Assembly (NCBI RefSeq): GCF_000196555.1
Contig: NC_015067.1
Location: 2,160,001 to 2,192,000 of the forward strand
DNA from: Bifidobacterium longum subsp. longum JCM 1217
Lineage (GTDB): Bacteria; Actinomycetota; Actinomycetes; Actinomycetales; Bifidobacteriaceae
Length of the DNA stretch: 32,000 bases
Direction of reading: 5' to 3'
The translations under genes and the position numbers were made by a program. This document shows positions 1 to 9,187 of this stretch, piece by piece; position 1 is the stretch's first letter, and every line of letters begins with the position of its first letter. The notes under the pieces were generated by a model. That model searched no databases. It was given only the letters and a program-made list of their open reading frames with translations, and had not been told where the DNA came from.

Positions 1-525
1 GCCCCGTACACCTTGCCGCTGTCCCTCCACACGCGCTCCACATCCTTCTCGTAAGGGTCGGCGCGCTCGGCCTCGGGGTGTTCGAGCATCCAGTGGCAGG
101 TCGACTTGGCAACGCCCAGGATCCCGCACTGCGCCGATACCGGGCAGCGGCCGGCGTCGGACCGTATCACGCCTGCTTTCGTGCGAATACCGGCGCCGCT
201 TGTTCTGAAACATCGACCTCCATCTCCAGCTGCCTGTCGCGTTTCCGCAATTCGATCAGCTCGTTCTCCTCGGGAGTGCGGTTGTCGACCGCTTTCGTGG
301 AGCCGCTGTTACGTATCCCCTGCACCCAACGCCGCAGCGTGGAACGCGGGATGCCGTACTCCGCCCTGATCTGCGACGACGGCTTGCCGTTCCCGTTACG
401 ACTGCACGATCTGCCTCTTGAACTCCTCCTCGTAATGACGGGGACGATTCGGATCGGCCATGATGATCAACTCCTTCGTTGTCATGTCCCGCATGAACCA
501 GTCCAATACATTGTAGCCAATCCAG
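1..525 (-). mobile_element. IS3-family insertion sequence, 5' portion (continues past the left window edge)
   Basis: Minus-strand translation gives an OrfA-like product: MADPNRPRHYEEEFKRQIVQS(stop), then NGNGKPSSQIRAEYGIPRSTLRRWVQGI...ELRKRDRQLEMEVDV..AAPVFARK. A second frame gives an OrfB-like start, CPVSAQCGILGVAKSTCHWML..DPYEKDVERVWRDSGKVYG, running off position 1. An HTH OrfA with an overlapping OrfB is the IS3-family layout. The right boundary (about 490-545) is approximate. Confidence 0.7.
167..485 (-). pseudogene. IS3-family transposase OrfA, disrupted by a frameshift/stop at 396-398
   Basis: The ORF from ATG 485 (or 461) hits TAA at 398-396 right after EEFKRQIVQS. The homologous sequence continues in the next frame from 397 to TGA at 169-167. 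Confidence 0.65.
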
Positions 526-544
526 TGCCGCGCCGGCCGGTGGC

Positions 545-1023
545 GAGTGGGAGGCCGACGGCGTCATCGGCGTGGGATGTAGCCCGCACACCGAGGTCGA
601 AAGGCGCACGCGTTTCCTTATGGCGCGCATCGTGCCCGACAAGACCGCCCGCGAAAGCATCGGAGCGCGGTTCCTCATGTTCTCCGCGCTGCCGGCTGGG
701 GCCGGGACCGGCGTCACGCACGACGACGGCACCGAGTCCGCCCGCCACGCGGAACTGCGCGAACGGCTCGGCATGGCCACCTACTTCGCCGACCCGTACT
801 CGTCGTACCGGCGCGGCGGCAACGAGAACCGCAACGGCGCGATCCACCGCCACCTGCCCAAACGCACGCGCATCGACCCGTCCATGACCGACGAGATACA
901 GGCCATCGTGGACAGATCAACAACCGTCCCATGCGCGTGCTCGGCTACCGCACCCCGGCCGAGGCATTCGCCGACGAACTGCTACCATTAACCAAACAAC
1001 AAGGATGTTGCACTTCTAAATAG
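545..1023 (+). pseudogene. IS30-family transposase, C-terminal DDE half only, frameshifted
   Basis: Translation reads GEWEADGVIG..VERRTRFLMARIVPDKTA..THDDGTESARH..YFADPYSSYRRGGNENRNGAIHRHLPKRTRID..IQAIVD. The frame then shifts near 914 to INNRPMRVLGYRTPAEAFADELL, with a stop at 1021-1023. There is no N-terminal HTH half. The terminal sequence GTTGCACTTCTAAATAG (1007-1023) resembles the inverted repeats of the second IS30 copy. Confidence 0.7.
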
Positions 1024-1059
1024 ACAACGGGGGGGCGAAACCCCGCAAGCCGACGAGGA

Positions 1060-2031
1060 CTAGGATTTCGCGCTCACCACCGGTGAGGCACCACTCCGGG
1101 CTTCGCGCTCATTTTCAAATGAGGCACCTCGGGCATTCTTCTGTTTCAAGATAATCTTGTCGTCGGACACATCCTTAAGGTGCTTGCCGTACGGGCTCTT
1201 GCCGTACTTCTCGGCGGCCTCAAGCAGCTGCTCGCGGGTAATCCAGCCGTTCTCATAGGCGATTTCCTCGGCCACGGCGATGGGCAGGCCCTGCGCGCGC
1301 TGCACGGTGCGCACGAACTCGCCCGCCTCGTACAGGGAGTCCATCGTGCCCGTGTCCAGCCACGCGTAGCCGCGGCCCAACGTGCGCACGTTCAACGCGC
1401 CCGCCTCCAGGTACATCTTGTTCAGGTCGGTGATCTCCAACTCGCCTCGCGCGGACGGTTTCACCTGCTTGGCGAACTCCACCACGCGCTCGTCATAAAA
1501 GTACAGGCCCGTCACCGCGTAGTTCGACTTCGGACGCTTGGGTTTCTCCTCGATGGACACGGCCTTCTTGTCCGCGTCGAACTCGACCACGCCGTAACGC
1601 TCCGGATCGTCCACGTAGTAGCCGAACACGGACGCGCCCTCACCGTTCTCCGCCTTCGCCTTCGCCTTGCGCAACGTGGCGCCCAGACCGTTGCCGTAGA
1701 AGATGTTGTCGCCCAGCACGAGCGCACACGGCTCACCCGCGATGAACTCCTCGCCCAACAGGAACGCCTGCGCCAGACCATCCGGGGACGGCTGCACCAC
1801 ATAGGAGAATTTCACGCCATACTGGCTGCCGTCGCCAAGCAGTCGCTCGAAGTTCGGCAGGTCCTTCGGCGTGGAGATGATAAGGATGTCACGGATGCCG
1901 GCCATCATGAGCACGCTCAGCGGATAGTAGATCATCGGCTTGTCGTACACCGGAAGCAGCTGCTTCGATGTCACCGTCGTCAACGGATACAGCCTCGTAC
2001 CCGAGCCACCGGCGAGAATGATACCTTTCAT
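1060..2031 (-). CDS. rmlA: Glucose-1-phosphate thymidylyltransferase
   Basis: The 323-aa product starts [35 protein letters not shown], a canonical RmlA N-terminus. It is co-oriented with rmlCD and rmlB. Confidence 0.93.
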   Translation of the reverse strand: MKGIILAGGSGTRLYPLTTVTSKQLLPVYDKPMIYYPLSVLMMAGIRDILIISTPKDLPNFERLLGDGSQYGVKFSYVVQPSPDGLAQAFLLGEEFIAGEPCALVLGDNIFYGNGLGATLRKAKAKAENGEGASVFGYYVDDPERYGVVEFDADKKAVSIEEKPKRPKSNYAVTGLYFYDERVVEFAKQVKPSARGELEITDLNKMYLEAGALNVRTLGRGYAWLDTGTMDSLYEAGEFVRTVQRAQGLPIAVAEEIAYENGWITREQLLEAAEKYGKSPYGKHLKDVSDDKIILKQKNARGASFENEREARSGASPVVSAKS

Positions 2032-2187
2032 AAGGACCTGCTTTCTTCACAGTCGTAATCAGCTCACACCAGCTTAGCCAAGACAGTGGCGAAACAGAAA
2101 ACCGCGCAGGTCATTCTGCGCGGTTTTCACACTGACATCAGGCCGTCGGAATGGGCTGACAGACCTTTCCGGTTTGTCCTATCTGTC

Positions 2188-3642
2188 CTACTTGCCGAGT
2201 TCCTTGTTCACGTATGCTTCGAGGGTTTCCTCCCAGTCGGCGGGCGTGTAGCCGGCGGCCTTGATCTTGGACAGGTCGAGCGCGGAATGCTCGGGACGCG
2301 GGCTGACCGGCGCCTTCGCGTTCGCGAAGTACTCGGCCGTGCTGATCGGCTTGACCTTCTCCCCGTTGCCGTTCGTCAGTTCGAACACGCGGGACGCGAT
2401 CTGCGCCCAGTTCCTCACCGCGCCGGAACCGGTCAAGTTGTACGTACCGTACGGGGCATGCGAGTCCAGCAGGTGGAAGATCGCCTCGGCCATGTCCTTC
2501 GTGAACGTGAGGCGCCCGTACTGGTCGTCCACCACCGTCACCTGCTCCAGCTGGTCGTCCGGGTTCGCGACACGGTCCGACAGCATCATCATCGTCTTCA
2601 CGAAGTTGCGGCCCTCGCCGATCACCCAGCTGGAACGCAGGATGTAGTGCTCCGGCGCGTTCGCCACCGCGATGTCGCCCGCAGCCTTCGTCTGCCCGTA
2701 CACGCCCAACGGCGCGAACGCCTCATCCTCCGAATGCAGGTCCGCGGTGCCGTCGAACACGTAGTCGGAGCTCACATGCACCAGCGTGATGTGATGGTCC
2801 TTCGCGACCCTCGCGAGCAGGGCCGGGCCCTGCGCGTTCGCCTTCCACGCCACCGGACGGCCCTCCGCGGTCTCCGCCCTGTCCACGGCCGTGTACGCGC
2901 CCGCGTTGATGATCGTGCCGTACAGGCTCCAATCGTACTTGTCGTACGCGGTCGGATCGGAGAAGTCGAACTCGTCGATGTCCGTGTACTCGAAACCACG
3001 CAGACCATGCGCCTCCGCGTACGCGCGGACCGCACGGCCCAACTGGCCGTTGCAGCCCGTCACCAGCGTGCGCTTCGGCTCCATCGGCTTCGCATCCCTG
3101 AGCATCGGATGATGCAGGTCCGCCTCGGAGCGTTCGGACTCCTCCAACGGGATCGGCCACTCGATGCCCAGCTCCGGGTCCGCGAGGTTCACGAACGTGT
3201 ACGTCTTCTTCTGTTCCAGCGACCAATGCGCGTTCACCAGATACGTGTACACGGTCCCGTCCTGCAAGGCCTGGAAGCTGTTGCCCACGCCGCGAGGCAC
3301 GTAGATCGCCTTGGACGGGTCCAAACGGGTCGTGTACACCTGGCCGAAGCTCTCGCCCGGGCGCAGGTCCACCCACGCGCCGAAGATCTCACCCGCCGCG
3401 ATCGAGATGTACTTGTCCCACGGCTCCGCATGGATGCCGCGCGTCACGCCCTTCGTCGCGTTGAAGCTGATGTTGTTCTGCACCGGACCGAAATCCGGCA
3501 GGCCCAACGCGGTCATCTTCGCCCGCTGCCAGTTCTCCTTGAACCAGCCACGATTGTCACCATGTACCGGCAGGTCGAACACCAACAGGCCCGGGATGTT
3601 CGTCTCCTCGACCTTCAAGTCCTTCTCGAATTCGAACGACAT
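2188..3642 (-). CDS. rmlCD: Bifunctional dTDP-4-dehydrorhamnose 3,5-epimerase / dTDP-4-dehydrorhamnose reductase (RmlC-RmlD fusion)
   Basis: The 484-aa product has an N-terminal cupin epimerase part (PGLLVFDLPVHGDNRGWFKENW..RGIHAEPWDKY). The C-terminal part is a Rossmann reductase (TLVTGCNGQLG..HVSSDYVFDG..YGQTKAAG). Confidence 0.9.
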   Translation of the reverse strand: MSFEFEKDLKVEETNIPGLLVFDLPVHGDNRGWFKENWQRAKMTALGLPDFGPVQNNISFNATKGVTRGIHAEPWDKYISIAAGEIFGAWVDLRPGESFGQVYTTRLDPSKAIYVPRGVGNSFQALQDGTVYTYLVNAHWSLEQKKTYTFVNLADPELGIEWPIPLEESERSEADLHHPMLRDAKPMEPKRTLVTGCNGQLGRAVRAYAEAHGLRGFEYTDIDEFDFSDPTAYDKYDWSLYGTIINAGAYTAVDRAETAEGRPVAWKANAQGPALLARVAKDHHITLVHVSSDYVFDGTADLHSEDEAFAPLGVYGQTKAAGDIAVANAPEHYILRSSWVIGEGRNFVKTMMMLSDRVANPDDQLEQVTVVDDQYGRLTFTKDMAEAIFHLLDSHAPYGTYNLTGSGAVRNWAQIASRVFELTNGNGEKVKPISTAEYFANAKAPVSPRPEHSALDLSKIKAAGYTPADWEETLEAYVNKELGK

Positions 3643-3649
3643 ACGTTCC

Positions 3650-4576
3650 CTACTTTCTATCTTCAGAATCGTTTTGCCACGTTGCTATGCAGCGTGCAGG
3701 ATTAAGCGTTTTCAAGGCCTCCCCTTTATCGGGGAAAGCCCAATTCGGGCATTCGGGGCCCAAGGCATCGAGGATGAAGAACATGTCGTATCTCAGTTTC
3801 GCGAACTCGACCCGCAGAAGGTTCTCATCATGACCGATACGGTTGCGGATGGTACGAACCGATTTGAGGCGGTCCACCAGTTCCTTGCGCAGCCTGTCCT
3901 CAAACGGGTCGCCGTCGTTGCCGGGAAGCCTTCCCTTCGGCATACGACGCAGTTCCGACGCCCATGCATCCGCGATGTTGGGGAACGCGCCCATGAGGAC
4001 ATGGGCGAGTTCAGGGTCCTTGCCGGAACGGGACAACATGCCATCCCACGTGCCCAACGTCAATTGGGAGAACACGTCGTCGCGGGTGATCGCATCCCCG
4101 TGCCTTGGATGCGTCTGGTCGGAACGCCAATGCCGTTGCTTGCGCAATGCCGTGTTCCGGGCCTCCGCGATATAGTCGCGCTCGGGGCTGTTGATCAAAG
4201 CCCGTATCCTCCCGATCGGATCGCTTTTGCCGGCTTCAAGCCAGTCCGGGATGCCCGTTATCTGCTGCCCGGACACCCATTCGCAAAGCCGGTAATCGAT
4301 TGCATTTCTGACGAATATCTCGATATAGCCGATATAACCGATTGTGATGGCGGATGCCTCCACGTTCCAGCGGTACAGCCTCACCGCCAGATCAACCAGC
4401 CGTTCCCGATCGACCGTATCCACATGCCGTCTTGCATAATCGAGATACACCTGGAACCGCGCGTCAGCAAGAAAACGACTCGCCATCACGGCATTGTCCG
4501 CTTGCTTTTTCACATTCATATGTGTATCTTTCATAGTGCTATAGGGGCCACACCTTCGAGGTGTGGCCATTTTCAT
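3650..4576 (-). CDS. Abi_2 (AbiD/AbiF-like) HEPN-type putative abortive-infection protein inserted in the rml operon
   Basis: The 308-aa ORF contains YRWNVEASAITIGYIGYIEIFVRNAI, DDVFSQLTLGTWDGML and a C-terminal LKSVRTIRNRIGHDENLL (Rx4H motif). A more likely start is ATG 4534 or 4519, because 4546-4568 forms a strong hairpin. Its stop lies 7 nt before the rmlCD ATG. The family call is from memory of the Abi_2 pattern and has not been searched. Confidence 0.6.
   Translation of the reverse strand: MKMATPRRCGPYSTMKDTHMNVKKQADNAVMASRFLADARFQVYLDYARRHVDTVDRERLVDLAVRLYRWNVEASAITIGYIGYIEIFVRNAIDYRLCEWVSGQQITGIPDWLEAGKSDPIGRIRALINSPERDYIAEARNTALRKQRHWRSDQTHPRHGDAITRDDVFSQLTLGTWDGMLSRSGKDPELAHVLMGAFPNIADAWASELRRMPKGRLPGNDGDPFEDRLRKELVDRLKSVRTIRNRIGHDENLLRVEFAKLRYDMFFILDALGPECPNWAFPDKGEALKTLNPARCIATWQNDSEDRK
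4546..4568 (-). other. Intercistronic stem-loop between rmlB and the Abi-like ORF
   Basis: GGCCACACC TTCGA GGTGTGGCC forms a 9-bp perfect GC-rich stem with a 5-nt loop, 16 nt downstream of the rmlB stop. Confidence 0.5.
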
Positions 4577-4583
4577 ATTCCGC

Positions 4584-5654
<1,071 letters not shown>

Positions 5655-6542
5655 CTAGATAGAAGTGCAACGCCTGTCTACGGTTGGAAGTGTTCAGGTT
5701 CATAACCGAAGAGAAAGCGTTGCACTCATCATGAAAGCTTATTCCCACCTGTCGGCACAGGAATATGTCCGGATCGACGAGTTGAGGAACCGTGACGGGC
5801 TCGGGGTCCGTCAAATCGCCCTGAGGATCGGCCACGACAAGTCCGCCGTCAGCCACGAATGCCTCTACCAGTGGATCCACGTGAAACCGCAGAAGGCATT
5901 GGACCTCAGGCGGTACCTGCCGCGGGGCAAACGACATCGCACGCGGGCGAAGGGACGCCGGTCGAAGGGGCCGCGCATCGGGATGCGCGTGCCGATCACC
6001 GAACGTCCCAAACGCGTGGGCTCGCGCCGCGAGTTCGGCCATTATGAGTCCGACACGGTCGTCGGCGCGTCCCCGTCGAGACGGTGCGTCGACACGCAGG
6101 TCGAACGCAAGAGCCGCCGCCTGTTCGCCAGGTTCATCGACGACAAGAGCGCGCTGGCCACCGCGCGCCGAATACGACATCCACAAGGACATCCCCGCGC
6201 CGGCGAGGATCGACCGGACCTGGGACAACGGCACCGAATCCTCCTGCCACCTGCTCGTGGACGAGGCGCTGGGCATGCTCACCTATCTCGCGGACCCGTA
6301 CTCCTCCCACCAGCGCGGGTCGAACGAGAACCGCAACGGGCGCATCCCCGCTACCTGCCCAAGAGGACCGGCTTCGACGACCTCACGGACGCGGACCTGC
6401 AGGCCATCGTCCAGGAGATCAACGACACCCCCATGAAGGTCCTGGCTGAGAAACGCCCAACGAGGTTTGGTACCGCGAACTCGGCAAGGTAATGTCGAGG
6501 GCAAGCCACCCAAGGACGAGCGTTGCACTTACAAATTGAATC
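5655..6542 (+). mobile_element. Decayed IS30-family element with recognisable terminal inverted repeats
   Basis: The left end is CTAGATAGAAGTGCAACGCC (5655-5674). The right end is GCGTTGCACTTACAAATTGAATC (6520-6542). Together they share an inverted AAGTGCAACGC core that also appears at the end of the first IS30 fragment (1007-1023). Confidence 0.7.
5731..6492 (+). pseudogene. IS30-family transposase with an internal deletion and at least two frameshifts
   Basis: The HTH start MKAYSHLSAQEYVRIDELRNRDGLGVRQIALRIGHDKSAVSHE jumps directly to LYQWI...GHYESDTVVG..VERKSRRLF. The frame then shifts (about 6160) to RIDRTWDNGTESS..YLADPYSSHQRGSNENRNG. It shifts back (about 6345) to RYLPKRTGFDDLTDADLQAIVQEINDTPMKVL. 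Confidence 0.7.
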
Positions 6543-6572
6543 TGGGGACACTTGCGCCGCAGGAATCCATGT

Positions 6573-8969
6573 TTACCGCTTCGCTCCAGTGACTGAGTCA
6601 AAGTAGTACAACCTTCCATTGATGTATTGAGTACCATACAGCATCTTCCCATCGGCACCGTAGTACACCGTCTTACCGCCATTCGAGTTCAGACGCTGCC
6701 AGCCGGACTTCCGCGCACCAGTCACCGGATCCAAGTAGTACCAAGCGCCATCAATATGCTGCTCGCCATACAGCATAACGCCCAATCCCTGCTGGTAATA
6801 CACCCACTTGCCGCCGCTCGATGACAAATACTTCCAGCCGTATACCACTTGCCCATTCGACGAAGACGAATCGTCATCAAAGAAATACCAATGTCCTCTC
6901 ACCTGCGACTCACCATGCACCATTGCTCCGTTCGCACCATAGTAAACCCATTTGCCGCCGCTAGGCTCGTTCGTGATCTTTGTGCGTCGCCAACCCGATA
7001 AACGCGCCCCCGTCATCGAATCCAAGAAATACTGCTTCCCGTCGATAGTTTTCTCGCCGTACTGCATCTTCCCATCGGCACCGTAGTACACCGTCTTACC
7101 GCCATTCGAGTTCAGACGCTGCCAGCCCTGCTTGCGAGCGCCGGTCACCGGATTCAGGTAATACCAAGCACCATTAATCTTCTGCTCGCCATACAGCATG
7201 TACGGCGCATAATACACGTTCCTGTCATCCGGCAAAACGACCCAGCCGGTCATCCTCGCTCCGCTATCGGGATTCAGGTAATACCATTTACCAGCAATGT
7301 TTTGTTCGCCGTACAGCATTGCACCGTCCGAACCATAGTAGACCCACTTATTCGCACCGACTTTGAGATATACCCAACCCGTTGCGCGCGCGCCTGTACC
7401 CGGATTCAGGTAATACCATTTACCGCCAATTTGCTGCTCTCCGTACAGCATATGCCCATCGGAAAGATCGTAATACACCCACTTGCCGCCGCTCGACGAA
7501 AGCCGCTGCCAACCGGTAGCCTTTTTGCCGGTTGCAGTATCGACGTAGTACCACTTTCCGTCCTTTTCCACCTCAACATATTGCGTTACAGGGGTCTTAT
7601 TACCGAACGCGTTCATATCCACGCGGCCGGAAATGCCGCTGATGGAGCCGCCGCTCGTGTACTGCCAGCCGCGGTCGTTGGTGGGGAACGCGGTGTACTG
7701 CATGGTGGAGCCATACTGCGCCACCCAGCGGGTCTTGCCGTGGATGTTGCCGCTGTTGAGCGCACTGTTCAGGTAGCTTGTGTACGAGTAGACGCTCAGA
7801 TTGTTGTAACCGGCCGCCTGCAGTTTGCCGTACCAGGAGTTGACGATGCCGTCGTACACGCTCGGACTCGTCGGGCTCCTATGCCCCGTGTACGTCCAGT
7901 TCTCTAGATCGTAGAACACCGGGTAGCTCAGGTCGCCCGGGTTCACGCCCGCCTGGCGCAGCAGGTTCACCACGTCCGCGCCCTCGGACGCACCGTCGGC
8001 CGCACTTTCCGCATACGAGAAGACGTACACGCCGAACGGGATGCCGAGACGCTTGCATTCGCTGATGTTGCGCTTCGCCTGCGCGTCGAAACCATTGCCC
8101 CAGCCGTAGCTCAGACGGATGATCGCGCCCTCGACGCCCGCGTTCTTCACCGCCTGCCAGTCAATCGTGTTCTGCCACACGGACACGTCGATCACGCCCT
8201 TCGCCTGCTGGGCGAACAGGTTGTTGCGCGCGTCGAAGAACGCCTGCGTACCGTTGTACGTGCCCCAGTGCGCACCGTACTCATTGTTCTGCAACGCGGC
8301 GAGCTTCACCGACGCGTTGGTCGCGCGCGTCTTCGAGGAGACCGCGTTCACGTCACCGCCGTTCGCAGCGACCTTCTCCTTCACATCCGCGGCACTCACC
8401 GGAATGAACGACTCACCATCCGTCTTCGCCAACGGATCGGGCTGCTTGCTCTCCGTGCCCACGATCTTCGGATCGGTGACCGTCTCGCCCGTCTTGATGT
8501 CCTTCAACTCGCCTTCCGGCGTAGCCGCATATTGCTCGGACACCACCGTCGCGTCATCGGAGATCTCGGCGGACACCTTGTCCGGCAGCTCGGCATCCGG
8601 ATTGTCCGGCATCGCGTCGGCAGCCGTCTCATCGGCGACCATCACACCGTTCGCGACCGGACGCGTCGCGGAAGTCGCGGACCGCGCCTGCGAGCGCGCG
8701 TCGGATGAGGTTCCGTCCGAGGCGGCCGCGGAGGCCGTCACGGAGGCCGCGGACCGGACGCCGGACGCGTCCGCGTCGGCGTTCACATCCGCGAGCGCGC
8801 TGGCCGGAGTGACGCACACCGCGCCCAACATCGCCATCGCCGCGACGGACGCCATCGCCGCAGTCACACCGCGCACCGCGCCGGATGCCGTTGCACGCGC
8901 ACGCAACGCACGCAGCATGCCCGTCGCACCCTTCGCATCCGCGCCGTCGAACCGCTTCTTTTCCACCAT
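6573..8969 (-). CDS. Secreted GH25-family muramidase (lysozyme) with C-terminal cell-wall-binding repeats
   Basis: Start 8969 is preferred because AAGGAG lies 6 nt upstream; the ORF track start is 9065. A signal peptide ends ..PASALA. After an Ala/Ser/Asp-rich linker comes the GH25-like core GVIDVSVWQNTIDWQAVKNAGVEGAIIRLSYGWG..GIPFGVYVFSY. About 340 aa of GW/YY repeats follow. Confidence 0.8.
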   Translation of the reverse strand: MVEKKRFDGADAKGATGMLRALRARATASGAVRGVTAAMASVAAMAMLGAVCVTPASALADVNADADASGVRSAASVTASAAASDGTSSDARSQARSATSATRPVANGVMVADETAADAMPDNPDAELPDKVSAEISDDATVVSEQYAATPEGELKDIKTGETVTDPKIVGTESKQPDPLAKTDGESFIPVSAADVKEKVAANGGDVNAVSSKTRATNASVKLAALQNNEYGAHWGTYNGTQAFFDARNNLFAQQAKGVIDVSVWQNTIDWQAVKNAGVEGAIIRLSYGWGNGFDAQAKRNISECKRLGIPFGVYVFSYAESAADGASEGADVVNLLRQAGVNPGDLSYPVFYDLENWTYTGHRSPTSPSVYDGIVNSWYGKLQAAGYNNLSVYSYTSYLNSALNSGNIHGKTRWVAQYGSTMQYTAFPTNDRGWQYTSGGSISGISGRVDMNAFGNKTPVTQYVEVEKDGKWYYVDTATGKKATGWQRLSSSGGKWVYYDLSDGHMLYGEQQIGGKWYYLNPGTGARATGWVYLKVGANKWVYYGSDGAMLYGEQNIAGKWYYLNPDSGARMTGWVVLPDDRNVYYAPYMLYGEQKINGAWYYLNPVTGARKQGWQRLNSNGGKTVYYGADGKMQYGEKTIDGKQYFLDSMTGARLSGWRRTKITNEPSGGKWVYYGANGAMVHGESQVRGHWYFFDDDSSSSNGQVVYGWKYLSSSGGKWVYYQQGLGVMLYGEQHIDGAWYYLDPVTGARKSGWQRLNSNGGKTVYYGADGKMLYGTQYINGRLYYFDSVTGAKR
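6576..7575 (-). repeat. 15 tandem ~20-23-aa GW..(W/T)VYY..G.MLYGE / G.WYYL...TGAR..GW wall-binding repeats (CW_binding_1-like), including a 64-bp perfect DNA duplication
   Basis: I counted the repeats in the translation. The DNA stretch 6641-6704 is identical to 7064-7127. Confidence 0.75.
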
Positions 8970-9148
8970 GCGTAACTCCTTGACGCACCCATCCCGCGCA
9001 CCCGCACACCGCCACGCGTTCCGATGGTCGACCGGACTCTCACACGCGGGAACAGGCAGGCGCAAACAGGCGCAATCACAACGTTTTCAACCGTGCTCCA
9101 GTCTAATGAGCAAGGCGGATAAGACAGACGGAGCGAAGCGGGCAAAAT

Positions 9149-9162
9149 CGGCGGAGCTCCGC
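9149..9162 (-). terminator. Possible terminator hairpin downstream of the AlbA_2-type gene
   Basis: GGCGGAGCTCCGCC is a perfect palindrome, followed on the minus strand by GATTTTG. The stem is short, so support is weak. Confidence 0.3.
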
Positions 9163-9187
9163 CATACATTCCGGCGACGGCATCATC

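Noticed and set aside
78-991. ORFs 78-887, 106-369, 256-780, 482-853 and 714-932 across the IS debris.
   Set aside because: They cut across the IS3 and IS30 homology frames. Their translations are Arg/Pro/Ala-rich, typical of out-of-frame high-GC sequence. Only the frames carrying transposase motifs are meaningful, and those are pseudogenes.
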